A stretch of DNA of 62,957 nt from an uncultured Nitrospinota bacterium (GCA_963707985.1 CAVPRW010000036.1:1-62957), one strand, 5' to 3'. Counted from the stretch's first letter, positions 12,001-21,330 are shown. The notes: generated from the sequence alone by a model not told the origin. A program made the numbers and translations.

Positions 12001-12881
12001 CCGTAAAGGCCATTGCCTTCAGTCAGCTGGCCTGGCAATCGGAGCGTGACCATATTCCGCAGGTGTTGGTGGAAGAGGTGCTTGCCGCCTTGGTGAACTC
12101 CGCTGACGAAGAGGCGCTGGGGGTGGCGATTCAGCTCGCGGCCTTCTACTTCTTTGACCCGAAAAACCCTAGATCTTGTGACGAGGGCGTAGTGTTCCGC
12201 TTGCTCAGTGCCGACCAATTCTTCCGCGGGGAGACAGCAACAAGACCAGCGTATAGCTGGCATGATGTAGCAGAAGGCTTCTGTCAGCGATTTCCCGAGA
12301 AGGAACTTGATCTCTTGTCAAGTATTCTTTCTCGCCCGGAGCACCTCTGGCGGACACGTTCGTCAAGAGGCCCTGGCTCCATGGCTGATTCCATCGTTCA
12401 GGCGCACCCAGCCGAAGCTTGGTCGATAGTGAGTCAGCTTCTGGAGTCGGATGAAGCGGAAAGCATCGCTGCTTGGCTAGGTGATGAGCTCGGATGGGAC
12501 CGAGGGCAAGCCGGGCCAATCAAGTGTTTTGACCCGGAGCCGGTGATGGCTTGGGTATTACAGAACCCGTCCACGCGTGCCAGGAAGCTCCGACATTGTC
12601 TTCCTAAGACTCTTGATGAGCAGGATGGTGGCCGGCTCACAAGGCTGTTTCTTGAGGCCTTTGGAGATGATGGGGAAGTCACAGACATGCTGATCGCGTA
12701 TTTCCTGACGGGCAGTTGGATGGGTCATGAAAGCGCCCATCGTACGGCTCAGCGGGCTAAGGCACGGCAGTGGGTCTCCGAGAACAAGTCAGGGAAAGTT
12801 CTTTCCTGGCTTTACCGGTACATTGCAATCCTGAATCACGAAATCGAAACAGCGGAACTTCGGGAGGAACGGGAATTTTAA
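9090..12881 (+). CDS. Large nuclease-STAND NTPase-helical repeat protein (Avs/AVAST-like anti-phage candidate)
   Basis: N-terminal DGGIDA...FQVK (PD-(D/E)xK/Mrr-like); Walker A GEAGIGKT; Walker B VVIDE; GxP motif CGGSP; long helical C-terminal region. Intact 1263 aa, visibly lower GC than neighbours. Confidence 0.75.
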   Translation: MKSPLGHFSMNSIFSVNGTVLEQLDAVSATRTFRNLLWCEALRSGVSPHKVVISLRTNVSDGGIDARVDGTTTVDSRLVRGTTHFQVKAGNAFKPWQRSLLKNELFGSPKAEPSRETLAPGIRECLQSRGRYVLVTFGHDLTPEQHTAAQGALTDLLKTCGYKKPRVDVLGQGQLLGLIALFPSLALELMGRDDLPFQNFASWEAQDDMTPALHLAPVQSEVIAHIRKTLQSSDYQHIRVTGEAGIGKTRLVLEALSAEDLAPMVIYSPHAEDFQRSRLFNELLRQDLFYHAIVVIDECAEKERAQIWGAFKGRRDIRIITIDHGPEDSWDDQMLVIDCPRLPEDQITAIIASYLPQHTSVWHWAESCGGSPRVAHAFGENLQKNPADLLKSPATVPMWERFVAGYERLDSHNARDALIVLRHAALYTRFGFEDPVSGEAQYICRLTQQVDPSMTWAHFQEVVGRLRKRRILQGKQTLLIVPPALHMYLWIDYWNSYGRGFEFEAFLDHIPSPLQHWFFQQFIYAHASPVAGNVVRKILSAEGPFSHHDFLVSKAGTRFLNYLTEADPGATLAVIEQTFGTWSQEELKRWVTGRQDVVWALEKIAVWREYFLRAVHVLVKFALAENANNGNNSTGTWLGLFKIGPGWAATQASPEERLPVIEELLGSHERLRKELGLHLCMHWLSTYGGSRVVGVEYQGLRPKVEFWCPKIRDEVFDAWRLVWRHLFTVTRSWDMEERRSANRTLIEAGARSLSYSSLGNEVMETLSQLTEDAATDRRHFTRAAIRALTFRAGNMPKGILAKLRRLDRRLTGNSLGGQFARYVLNTTEDEDYNAKGNTVQFRRQPSLRVRKLAVQVAADAALFSAHLPEFVVGDGHRLHEFGANLAKAFCSQETVEAVIAAQLGARPEMKTQFIGGYFSGLRSRFPDLWEASLSRLLYNNASREVGVVVLLCTGVSEKIIRLLLNLFGQGSVKAIAFSQLAWQSERDHIPQVLVEEVLAALVNSADEEALGVAIQLAAFYFFDPKNPRSCDEGVVFRLLSADQFFRGETATRPAYSWHDVAEGFCQRFPEKELDLLSSILSRPEHLWRTRSSRGPGSMADSIVQAHPAEAWSIVSQLLESDEAESIAAWLGDELGWDRGQAGPIKCFDPEPVMAWVLQNPSTRARKLRHCLPKTLDEQDGGRLTRLFLEAFGDDGEVTDMLIAYFLTGSWMGHESAHRTAQRAKARQWVSENKSGKVLSWLYRYIAILNHEIETAELREEREF

Positions 12882-13198
12882 CACAGGTGATTAGAATCCT
12901 GGAGGGTCTTTCTAGCATTGGAGGTCTTGTGCCACTCCTTGTCTCCTCGTTATCTATCCCAATGTATGACGCGTCTCACTGGGAGGGGTACACGTGGACA
13001 TGTGAGAAAAGTACGTCTACACTTCCTATGGCTATGTACGCGGTCGCGGTCGAGACGGTTACAGCTCTGTTCATGTCTTAACAGCCCGCTCTGGGGTGGT
13101 TGGCGTAGACGCATCCCGCTGAGACTTCCGTGAGCGTATATCATGGCTCTATGTTGTCGTCTACCAGAGAATGCAATTTGCTCGTGTAGGACACCTAT

Positions 13199-14884
13199 AT
13201 GCAAAGATCGCAGCCGTTCAGTTTACTGTGGCCTGAAGGCACGGGATCGCCGCAGGTCGCCACCGTCTTGGATCCCCCATGTGTCCGTGACCTGGAGCTA
13301 GAAACTACGCTGGCGGCTTTGACCGACGGCCGACCCCGTCAGTCCGCCATCCGCAAGGTCCTGCTCAATCTCTGCACCGATCCAGTGGTCATCGCCTACC
13401 GCCAGGATGTGCTCGACGATTTGTGGCACAACCCGGAGTTTACCAGTCAGCTGGAGGCCTTACTGCCCGACCTCAGCAGCCTTGAGCTGTCTCATATCTC
13501 CGTTGATCGTCGACGATCGCCTCTCCAGGAGGTCGCCTGGCGCTTGGGGGAATTGGAATATCTGGTGAACTGTGTGACCGGCTTGAATACGGTGTTTGCT
13601 GGCGTGGGACGCCATATACATGCGGCAGGATGGGTCAGCTTGCGGGACCACATGGCGAAGGTCGTCCAGGATCCCGTGTATCAGCAACTGACGCGTGAGC
13701 TACCGAATCTGTTGCGGGCCATACGCGCCAACGTCAGTGTGACCATCGGGGTAAATCTGGATGACCAGTTTCGGCCAGTCGCCGCGACACTGCTCTCGGT
13801 CAACACTCAAAGATTTACCTCATCGACCTTCCTCGATCGTCTGTTGGGTAGCTCTGGAGACGACTTTAAAGGTCTAGGGCCACTCCATACCGTGCCTGAT
13901 CTGCCGCAAGGACATGGACCTTCAAGAAATCGCGGCAGCAACCGGGACGTCAATCCTTTCATGGACCCACTCTTCAGCGATCTGGCACAGGTCTTGGACA
14001 GCGTGTGTCAACCGATCGCCCAGGCATTACGCCACTATGACACGCTGCACAGCGGTTTTCTCTCCGCCTTGCGCGATGACCTGGCCTTTTATCTGGCCGC
14101 CATGCGGCTCATGGAGCGTCTCCGTAGCCGTGGTCTACCGGTGTGTCGCCCGGAGATCGCCCCCATGACCGAGCGCGTCTGCGACCTGCAGGAGGCCTAC
14201 AACCTCAACCTGGCCTTGCACCAGATGGGCCAGGCGGAGAACGTGGCCGGCATCGTCAGCAACGATGTCCACCTGGGCGACAACGGCCGCATTGGTATCC
14301 TGACCGGGCCCAACCAGGGTGGCAAGACCACCTACACCCAGATGGTAGGGTTGTGCCAGATCCTGGCCCAGACGGGTCTATGGGTCCCTGCCGTGCGGGC
14401 ACGCATCAGCCCGGTGGACAACATCTATACACACTATCCTGTCGAAGAGCAGATGGCCAAGGGCACCGGCCGATTTGGGGATGAAGCCCAGCGCTTAGGC
14501 GTGATTTTTTCCCGTGGGACGCGCCATAGCCTGGTCTTGCTCAATGAATCGCTGGCCAGCACCAACTCCGGCGAAAGCCTGTATATCGCCCAGGACATTG
14601 TGCGCGTCCTGCGCCGGCTGGGGGCCCGGGCGATGTTCGCGACCCACCTGCATGAGCTGGCCGCCGACCTGGCCGCGCTCAATGCCAGCACGGAGGGGGA
14701 CAGCCTCATCATCAGCCTGGTGGCGTCACGGCGTGACACCTCGGAGGAGAGCCCGCGTCGTTCGTATAAAATCGCCCCAGGACCGCCGTTGGGCCGCAGC
14801 TATGCCCGTGAGATCGCAGCGCAATATGGCATTAGCTATGACCAATTGACGGCTCTCCTGCAACGGCGCGAGGTGTTGGAATGA
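13199..14884 (+). CDS. MutS-related ATPase (domain V; lacks mismatch-recognition domain)
   Basis: ILTGPNQGGKTTY, GRFGDEAQRL, LVLLNESLASTN, FATHLHEL, SYAREIA. Confidence 0.85.
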   Translation: MQRSQPFSLLWPEGTGSPQVATVLDPPCVRDLELETTLAALTDGRPRQSAIRKVLLNLCTDPVVIAYRQDVLDDLWHNPEFTSQLEALLPDLSSLELSHISVDRRRSPLQEVAWRLGELEYLVNCVTGLNTVFAGVGRHIHAAGWVSLRDHMAKVVQDPVYQQLTRELPNLLRAIRANVSVTIGVNLDDQFRPVAATLLSVNTQRFTSSTFLDRLLGSSGDDFKGLGPLHTVPDLPQGHGPSRNRGSNRDVNPFMDPLFSDLAQVLDSVCQPIAQALRHYDTLHSGFLSALRDDLAFYLAAMRLMERLRSRGLPVCRPEIAPMTERVCDLQEAYNLNLALHQMGQAENVAGIVSNDVHLGDNGRIGILTGPNQGGKTTYTQMVGLCQILAQTGLWVPAVRARISPVDNIYTHYPVEEQMAKGTGRFGDEAQRLGVIFSRGTRHSLVLLNESLASTNSGESLYIAQDIVRVLRRLGARAMFATHLHELAADLAALNASTEGDSLIISLVASRRDTSEESPRRSYKIAPGPPLGRSYAREIAAQYGISYDQLTALLQRREVLE

Positions 14885-14909
14885 GCCGCTGGCAGACCCC
14901 AGCACGCCG

Positions 14910-16295
14910 TCAGTGCAGCAGCGTCACGAGCTCACCGATGTCGGCGCAGGTCTCCAGCTGCTCCAAGCTGCGGAGTGCCTGTGTGGCCTTGCCTGGATCG
15001 AGATGCGCCTGTGCCGCGCAGTCCCTGAATTTTGCCGCAATGCCCTCCCAAGTCAGCTCACGGGAGGGATGGCCTGGCGCCTGGTCCACTCGCACCGTTT
15101 CACGGCGTCCATCCGAAAGTATGGCCTCAACCTCCACAAAGCCACGGCTGCCAGAGCTGCGCGTCTCGAGTAACGCATCGTCGCCAGCGCAACGCGGGTC
15201 CTCCCTGACGCAGATGCGCTGCAGCAGATTGCGGATCGGCGCACGATTGACCGCTTCGTCGGTAAACGACCAGAGCGTGTATTGCCCATCCAGGACCCCC
15301 GCGGCCAGGCCATACTGCAGGCTGAACTTGCCCTCAAGCCCGGTTTTGGGCTGGGGATAGATCAAGACCCGCATCCCTCCAGGCGGCATACGACATTCCA
15401 GCCGTGCCAGATTGGCAGCGTTGAACCCAAGTCGCTGCCTGAGCTGCAGCACGCCGTCCATGCCGCGATGCGAGGCATAGCAACAGGGAAATTGCTTTAA
15501 CGCCAGGCCTGGGTCGACGATGACCCAGGGATTGCCCAGTTGTGTAATCGCTGTCTCCGGTTGAGATTCCTCCACACCGTAGGCGGCGAAGAACCCCGCT
15601 GGCGCTTCCAGCACATCCAGAGCGGCGGTAAATCCGCTGCGCGACAGATTAACGGCGGCCAGGGCACTGCGCGAGGCCCAGCCGGCATGCAGCGGCTTGG
15701 TCATCGTGCCGAAATTGCGCTGCAACCCACTCGCCAGCGAAGAGGCGATGCCAAACGCCATCCGTGTCGTCGGTACATCGAGATGGTCGCGTTTGGCAAG
15801 CGCCGCCAGCGCGGAAAAGATGGCAAGCGTGCCGGTGCCGTGGAAGCCGCGGTGGTAGTGGCCGACGGTGATCGCCTGGCCGATTTTCCCGCCGACCTCG
15901 ACCCCGATAACGTAGGCCTCGATGAGGGCTCTACCGGAAAGTGTTCCGGCCTTCAGATCAGCGATGAGCGCCGGCAAAATCACCGCGCTCGGATGCGCTG
16001 GCATCATGGATAGCACGTCGTCGAAGTCGAGCGCGTGGCCAAAGGTCCCGTTGACAAGTGCCGCCATCTCTGGCGATACCATCCTGCCACTCCCCAGGAT
16101 TGGGCTGGTGCCGCTGTCACTCGCCTGCTCGACATAGCGCATGAGCGGCGGTGCAACCTCGCTTCCAGCGCCAGCAAGAATCACCGCAAACGTATCGGCC
16201 AGCGCTCGTTTGGCCTTATCGATGGCCGCAGGGGGAAAGTCCTGCACAGTCTTGTCATGGATGAATTGCGCCAGCGCCTCAGTCAGTCCAGTCAT
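14910..16295 (-). CDS. MmgE/PrpD family protein
   Basis: AALVNGTFGHALDFDD, HPSAVILPA, NFGTMTKPLHAG, KQFPCC, EGKFSLQY. Confidence 0.92.
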   Translation of the reverse strand: MTGLTEALAQFIHDKTVQDFPPAAIDKAKRALADTFAVILAGAGSEVAPPLMRYVEQASDSGTSPILGSGRMVSPEMAALVNGTFGHALDFDDVLSMMPAHPSAVILPALIADLKAGTLSGRALIEAYVIGVEVGGKIGQAITVGHYHRGFHGTGTLAIFSALAALAKRDHLDVPTTRMAFGIASSLASGLQRNFGTMTKPLHAGWASRSALAAVNLSRSGFTAALDVLEAPAGFFAAYGVEESQPETAITQLGNPWVIVDPGLALKQFPCCYASHRGMDGVLQLRQRLGFNAANLARLECRMPPGGMRVLIYPQPKTGLEGKFSLQYGLAAGVLDGQYTLWSFTDEAVNRAPIRNLLQRICVREDPRCAGDDALLETRSSGSRGFVEVEAILSDGRRETVRVDQAPGHPSRELTWEGIAAKFRDCAAQAHLDPGKATQALRSLEQLETCADIGELVTLLH

Positions 16296-16309
16296 CGCGG
16301 TTCCCTCAT

Positions 16310-17359
16310 CTAGCGAAACTTTGGCATCACGTCCCGCGCGAATAGCTCCATGGAGCGCATCACATCGGCATGCTTCATCTTGCCATAGGCCATGCTGGCC
16401 CCAAAATATTCGACGTGGTGCTTCTCCCGGAGCCAGCGGATGCGCTGCACCAGCTGCTCCGGCGTGCCAAAGTAGGCGGTGGTTTGCAGCTCTTCTTCGT
16501 AGGAGGGCACCTTCACCGTTCGAGTCCGCCGCCAGTGCTCTAGGTCCCTGTAGATTTCGCTGCCTCCGGTCAGCGTCCGACGCAGACTGTTCAGGTCTCG
16601 CACCCAGGTGATGCTGTCACGTGGAATGTCGATGGCCTGTTTTTCGTCTTCAGCGACATGTACATGTCGGAAGAAAGGCATGTCCTCCACGGGCGGCTGT
16701 CTGCCGATGGCCGCGCACTGCTCAAAGTACAGGGCACGGATACCTAACACGTCCTCGTCGGGGGTGTTGGCGCTGGTCAGGATGGGCAACTGGCGAGAGA
16801 CGGCTACCTGCACGCTGGCAGGGGTGCGGGAGACAGCCAGGTACATGGGTGGATGGGGGTGCTGCACCGGCACTGGGGCGATTGTCAAGTCATCGACGCT
16901 ATAGTACTGGCCATGGTATGTAAACCCCGGCGTCTGCCACAGGCCGAGAATGATGTCGACGATCTCCTGAAAGCGCTGCGTACGGGAGTCGTACTCTACC
17001 TTGAAGTTATTGTATTCATAGACCACCTGACCCCGGCCTACCCCGAAGTCCAGACGCCCTTGACTCAAGACGTCCAGCATGGCGGTCTCTTCGGCCATGA
17101 ACACTGGGTGGTGGAAGGTGAGCACGCTGACCCCGGTGCCAATGCGGATTTTCTTCGTGCGTGCGGCCACATAGGTGGCAAAAGGGATCGCCGAGGGGAC
17201 GATACCGAAACGCGTGAAGTGATGTTCCGCTAACCAGACTGCATCGAATCCCAGTTCTTCGGCATATTGAATTTGCTCCACGGCCTCGTGGAAGATGCGG
17301 CTCTGATGAGAGGGTTCCGCCTCCGGCCAGGAGGGGAGAATAAACAGGCTGAATTTCAT
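16310..17359 (-). CDS. LLM class flavin-dependent oxidoreductase
   Basis: MKFSLF...AEELGFDAVWLAEHHF, LDVLSQGRLDFGVGRG, SMELFARDVMPKFR. Confidence 0.92.
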   Translation of the reverse strand: MKFSLFILPSWPEAEPSHQSRIFHEAVEQIQYAEELGFDAVWLAEHHFTRFGIVPSAIPFATYVAARTKKIRIGTGVSVLTFHHPVFMAEETAMLDVLSQGRLDFGVGRGQVVYEYNNFKVEYDSRTQRFQEIVDIILGLWQTPGFTYHGQYYSVDDLTIAPVPVQHPHPPMYLAVSRTPASVQVAVSRQLPILTSANTPDEDVLGIRALYFEQCAAIGRQPPVEDMPFFRHVHVAEDEKQAIDIPRDSITWVRDLNSLRRTLTGGSEIYRDLEHWRRTRTVKVPSYEEELQTTAYFGTPEQLVQRIRWLREKHHVEYFGASMAYGKMKHADVMRSMELFARDVMPKFR

Positions 17360-17655
17360 ACGCTGCTGTCCTCCTTCACAGTGGTATCCTGCATAATCTT
17401 TGACGCCAGCCAACACATGCTGGCAATGCATGCTGCGTATACTCCCCCTCCAGCAGCAGCCGGAGGGGGCACGGACGATGCCTGACCATCGCCGTTGGCA
17501 TCGTGCCACATGACGCGTCCCAGCGCAATGCCCTTATGGTCGGGCTATACTCCCAAGCACGTCGATGGTGTGGACGCACTTGGGCATCCTTCTACATCAG
17601 ACCAGACATGATGTATGCGCATGAGATGCGGTGGCACATCCCCCGGCGCGTCGCG

Positions 17656-17704
17656 CTCCCCTTTTGACAAAGGGGGAGAGGGGGGATTTGTGCGAGCGAT
17701 GGCA
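17656..17704. repeat. Intergenic REP-like hairpin repeat, family A, copy 2
   Basis: CTCCCCTTTTGACAAAGGGGGAGAGGGGGGATTTGTGCGAGCGATGGCA; homologous to 8467-8513. Confidence 0.55.
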
Positions 17705-17853
17705 TACACAGGGGTTCCCATATCGTGGGATTCGATTTAGCAGTGGATGACAGTCGCCAGGTCGAGACGAGACTAGACAGCGTGCATCAGTGTGAGTATA
17801 GTCGCCTCAGAGCATCCATCTACGCATGTGGTTCCAAAAAAGCGAGGCATAGC

Positions 17854-18540
17854 ATGCTGACTACTCAAGACATCAAGACGGCCGTGAGTCGTTATTGGGG
17901 CGGGCGGGCGGCGGGATTTGACCAGGGGGCAAGTCATGGGGTGCATAACGAGGTGCAACATCGCGCCTGGCTCGATCTTCTCCGTGAGGTCGCTGGCCCT
18001 CCCCCACTGATAGTGCTGGACGTGGGGTGTGGGACGGGCTTTCTCGCCATGCGCATGGCTGAGCTTGGCCATACGGCCGTTGGGGTCGATTTATCGGATG
18101 ACATGCTCGCAGAAGCACGGCGCAAAACCGAAGGCGTCGGCTTGCCAATAACATTCCAGCTTGGCGATGCCGAGGCCCCCCCGGCGGACGGCGCCCCCTA
18201 TGACGTCATCCTGGAGCGCCATGTGCTCTGGACCTTGCCCCAACCTCGAGAGGCGATGCGCGCCTGGCAGGCGTTGCTCAAGCCTGGTGGTCTGCTGATC
18301 CTCATCGAAGGGATTTTTGAGATGTCCGATCGCACGATCTATCCACAGCTGGAAGCTCAGCTGCCCCTGTATGGTGGGCGGCCGGGCGAGGCACTCGCCA
18401 GTTTGCTTGCGGCCGAGGGCTTCGTGCAGACGGCCGTCAGGCCCCTCATGGATGCCGCCCTGTGGCTCGAAACTCCGACGCGTCCACGCTTTATGGTAAC
18501 CGGCCGACGGCCGCCGGATGAAGCAAAGACTCAGAGTTAA
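17854..18540 (+). CDS. Class I SAM-dependent methyltransferase
   Basis: VLDVGCGTG motif I, GVDLS, GDAE, LLKPGG. Confidence 0.9.
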   Translation: MLTTQDIKTAVSRYWGGRAAGFDQGASHGVHNEVQHRAWLDLLREVAGPPPLIVLDVGCGTGFLAMRMAELGHTAVGVDLSDDMLAEARRKTEGVGLPITFQLGDAEAPPADGAPYDVILERHVLWTLPQPREAMRAWQALLKPGGLLILIEGIFEMSDRTIYPQLEAQLPLYGGRPGEALASLLAAEGFVQTAVRPLMDAALWLETPTRPRFMVTGRRPPDEAKTQS

Positions 18541-18598
18541 GCATCGCCTGGTAAATTGGGCATAACGGCGCGCACTGTCCTACTTGTCTGGTACGATC

Positions 18599-18712
18599 AT
18601 GTCTATAAATTGGCAGGACTTAAGGCCACTCAATGGCTCGCAGAATACCGCCTTCGAGGAACTGTGCTGCCAGCTCGCCGGCGCTCAACCGGCACCCCCC
18701 GGCTCCTTGTTC
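18599..18712 (+). pseudogene. N-terminal remnant of a nuclease-NTPase (Avs2-like N-terminus)
   Basis: MSINWQDLRPLNGSQNTAFEELCCQLA resembles the start of restriction-endonuclease-like/STAND proteins; similarity ends after about 38 codons. Confidence 0.55.
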
Positions 18713-19035
18713 GGTTGTGTTTGGCATGTCGACGCAGAGAGATCGGTCCGCTGGGTGATAGGGAAAGCACTGTCACGGCTGCTACAATTGAGCACACATG
18801 TCCAACGGTTTGTCCTCGTAGAGTTCGCCCCCGACCATCACCAAAAACGGCTCCCCCAAGGCATGGGGAAAGTGATAGTCCTACCAGGACTCGATCACCG
18901 TCCAATACGGGATGGGCTGCTACGAAAACCACCATGAAAACCACCATCGCTCGGTGGGCTGCTGCATGATGACGACCGTGTTGCTGCATAAGTATTGGAG
19001 CAAAGGGCACACTGCTATCTGATGCGAGGGAGCAC

Positions 19036-19300
19036 GATGCTGAGATTCATCACCATTGAGGGTGTCGATGACGCCACCGCGAGCTGGCTCGTGGAAGAAG
19101 CCGGACGGCGCGGCGTCAGTGTGGAGAGCGTCGCCGCGCACTTGTTGCAGCGCGGTGTGGAGTGGGAGCGCCGTCGGGCAGCACTACCGACCTATCATGA
19201 TCTCGATGCGCTGGCGGGCACGTGGAGCGAGGATGAAGCTGCGGCCTTCTTGCAAGCGGTCGCCTCTTTTGAGCACGTGGATCCAACGTTGTGGCGGTGA
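19036..19300 (+). CDS. Antitoxin (FitA/VapB-like RHH)
   Basis: ITIEGVDD...EA...GVSVE...YHDLDALAGTWS..EA..F...W; overlaps the downstream PIN gene. Confidence 0.75.
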
Positions 19301-19707
19301 GGGACGTCCTCCTCGATACCAACGCCTATGTCGCCTTCAAACGGGGGACACGCGATGCAGTGGAGGTGCTCACGCACGTCCCGCGCATTGGGATCAACAG
19401 TATTGTGCTCGGCGAATTGCTTAGCGGCTTTACCATCGGCACGCGTGAAGAGGCCAATCGCCAGGAACTGCAGCGGTTTTTGACGTCGGAGCGGGTGCAC
19501 CAGCTCGTCATCGATGCGGAGACGGCGGGACAGTATGCGGTCATATATCGAGAACTCAGACGCCGCGGTCGCCCCATTCCGACCAATGACATGTGGATCG
19601 CGGCGAGCGCGTTGCAGCATGGCTTTGCGGTGTTCAGCGACGATGGGCATTTCCATGAAGTCCCCGGTCTACATGTCGGCACACAGTTGGATGATTTTCT
19701 GGTGTAA
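19291..19707 (+). CDS. vapC: VapC PIN-domain toxin
   Basis: VLLDTNAY, VLGELLSG, GRPIPTNDMWIAASA, SDDGHF. Confidence 0.92.
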   Translation: MAVRDVLLDTNAYVAFKRGTRDAVEVLTHVPRIGINSIVLGELLSGFTIGTREEANRQELQRFLTSERVHQLVIDAETAGQYAVIYRELRRRGRPIPTNDMWIAASALQHGFAVFSDDGHFHEVPGLHVGTQLDDFLV

Positions 19708-19741
19708 GAGAAGACATCATCCCTGCTGCTGAGGCCGTCAG

Positions 19742-19915
19742 CGCTATGAGAATAGGGCGTTTGAGTTTTTTGACCAAACGCTAGTTGAGCTGTACCAGCA
19801 GTGGCAGGCGTTACGCATCTCCACCGCCCGTTTCGCTGAACTTCTGGGCGTCAGTCCTTGGGAGCTTGCGGCCTTGCTGCGTGATCGGGGGTTGAAGGCG
19901 ACTAACCTGCCCGGC
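19742..19915 (+). pseudogene. Startless HTH fragment, UPF0175-like antitoxin remnant
   Basis: Manual translation gives ...LYQQWQALRISTARFAELLGVSPWELAALLRDRGL; no in-frame start upstream. Confidence 0.35.
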
Positions 19916-20068
19916 TATGCCTGGAGAGGTCATCCCACAATCGTTCACGACCCGTGGGGGCACGCTTCCATACCTACTGGTGGAACAGAGTCTGGATGCA
20001 ATCGAGGTTTCGTCGGACGGGTTTTCGGTAGGACGATGTAGTGGTCTAGAACAGAATAAGGAGAAGAC

Positions 20069-20854
20069 ATGCCTGGCAGAATGGTGGCTGAAAAAGATGG
20101 TTCGATCGGCTGGTTGATTTTCGACCATCCAGAGCGACGCAATGCCGTGACTCAGGCGATGTGGCTGCAGATTGGAGAGATGCTGGAGGATTTCGCCAAG
20201 GATGAAGCGATTCGCGTCGTGGTGTTGAGGGGGGCTGGGGACAAAGCCTTTGTGTCCGGCGCAGATATCTCACAATTCGGCCAGCAACGCCGCGACGCGG
20301 CCGAGGTCGAAGCCTCCAATCGGCTCACGGCCGCGGCTCGTCAGGCCCTGGGCACGTTCGAAAAACCGACCATCGCCATGATCCAGGGATTTTGTCTAGG
20401 GGGAGGATTAGCCATTGCCTTGATGTGTGACCTGCGGTTTGCCTCCGAGGACTCGACCTTCGGCATCCCCGCTGCACGTCTTGGTGTGGGCTATGGAGCC
20501 CAGAGCGTGGGCCTGTTACAGGCGTTGGTCGGACCGGCCTATGCGCGGGAGATCCTGTTTACCGGCCGGCGCTTCAGCGGCGAGGAAGCCTTGCGCATGG
20601 GGCTGATTAATCGTCTGCTGACGGGCAACGAACTGGCTTCGTATGTGCAGGACTATGCGGCCATGATCGGTGCCAACGCCCCACTCACCATCCGTGCGGC
20701 GAAGCTGGCGAGCACGGAGCTCCTCAAAGCCGAGGCCGACCGCGACCTTGCCGTGGTTCAACGCGCCGTCGAGACGTGCTTCAACAGCACCGATTATCAG
20801 GAGGGTCGTACTGCCTTCATGGAGAAGCGGCCTCCGCGCTTTACAGGACGCTGA
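20069..20854 (+). CDS. Enoyl-CoA hydratase/crotonase family protein
   Basis: AFVSGADISQF, GFCLGGGLAIALMCDLR, FGIPAARLG, EGRTAFMEKR.P.F.GR. Confidence 0.93.
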   Translation: MPGRMVAEKDGSIGWLIFDHPERRNAVTQAMWLQIGEMLEDFAKDEAIRVVVLRGAGDKAFVSGADISQFGQQRRDAAEVEASNRLTAAARQALGTFEKPTIAMIQGFCLGGGLAIALMCDLRFASEDSTFGIPAARLGVGYGAQSVGLLQALVGPAYAREILFTGRRFSGEEALRMGLINRLLTGNELASYVQDYAAMIGANAPLTIRAAKLASTELLKAEADRDLAVVQRAVETCFNSTDYQEGRTAFMEKRPPRFTGR

Positions 20855-20935
20855 GATTGCGGACAAGACGAACATGTGGCTACAGTCGTTCAAGGAGAGT
20901 GATGGTTCGGTCCATGCAACCATGGAGGGTATGGT

Positions 20936-21330
20936 ATGTCAACGCCTGAGAAGAGTCATCCGACTCAACACATCGGTGGGACGATCCTGGTGGTGATGAT
21001 GGAAGTCGACCCGGCGCACGAGGACGACTTTAACCGCTGGTATGATGACGAACACTTACCGGAACGTCTGGAGATTCCGGGTTACATCAGCGCTCGCCGG
21101 TTTAAGCTCGAGGAAGGGGAAGGTGTCTTAAAGTACCTGTGCATCTGGGAGTTGGAGGATGGTCGTCCGCTCCACAGCGACGCCTATAAGGCCCAACAAC
21201 AACGGCCAAGCGAGCTCCGCGACCGCGTTCACACCTATATCAAGCAGCGCATGCGTGGGCTGTATACGCAGATTTATCCCCCGGTGGGAGCCTTTGAGGA
21301 TCACGCTGGCTTCCATCCGCCAGCAACCCT
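20936..21330 (+). CDS. DUF4286/EthD-like dimeric alpha-beta barrel protein (in frame with the next gene; end approximate)
   Basis: EVDPAHEDDFNRWYDDEHLPERLEIPGYISARRF...KYLCIWEL. Confidence 0.7.

Noticed and set aside
18770..18990. Minus-strand coding-like remnant (..DYHFPHALGEPFLVMVGGELY..)
   Set aside because: Two internal stops and no family I can recognise.
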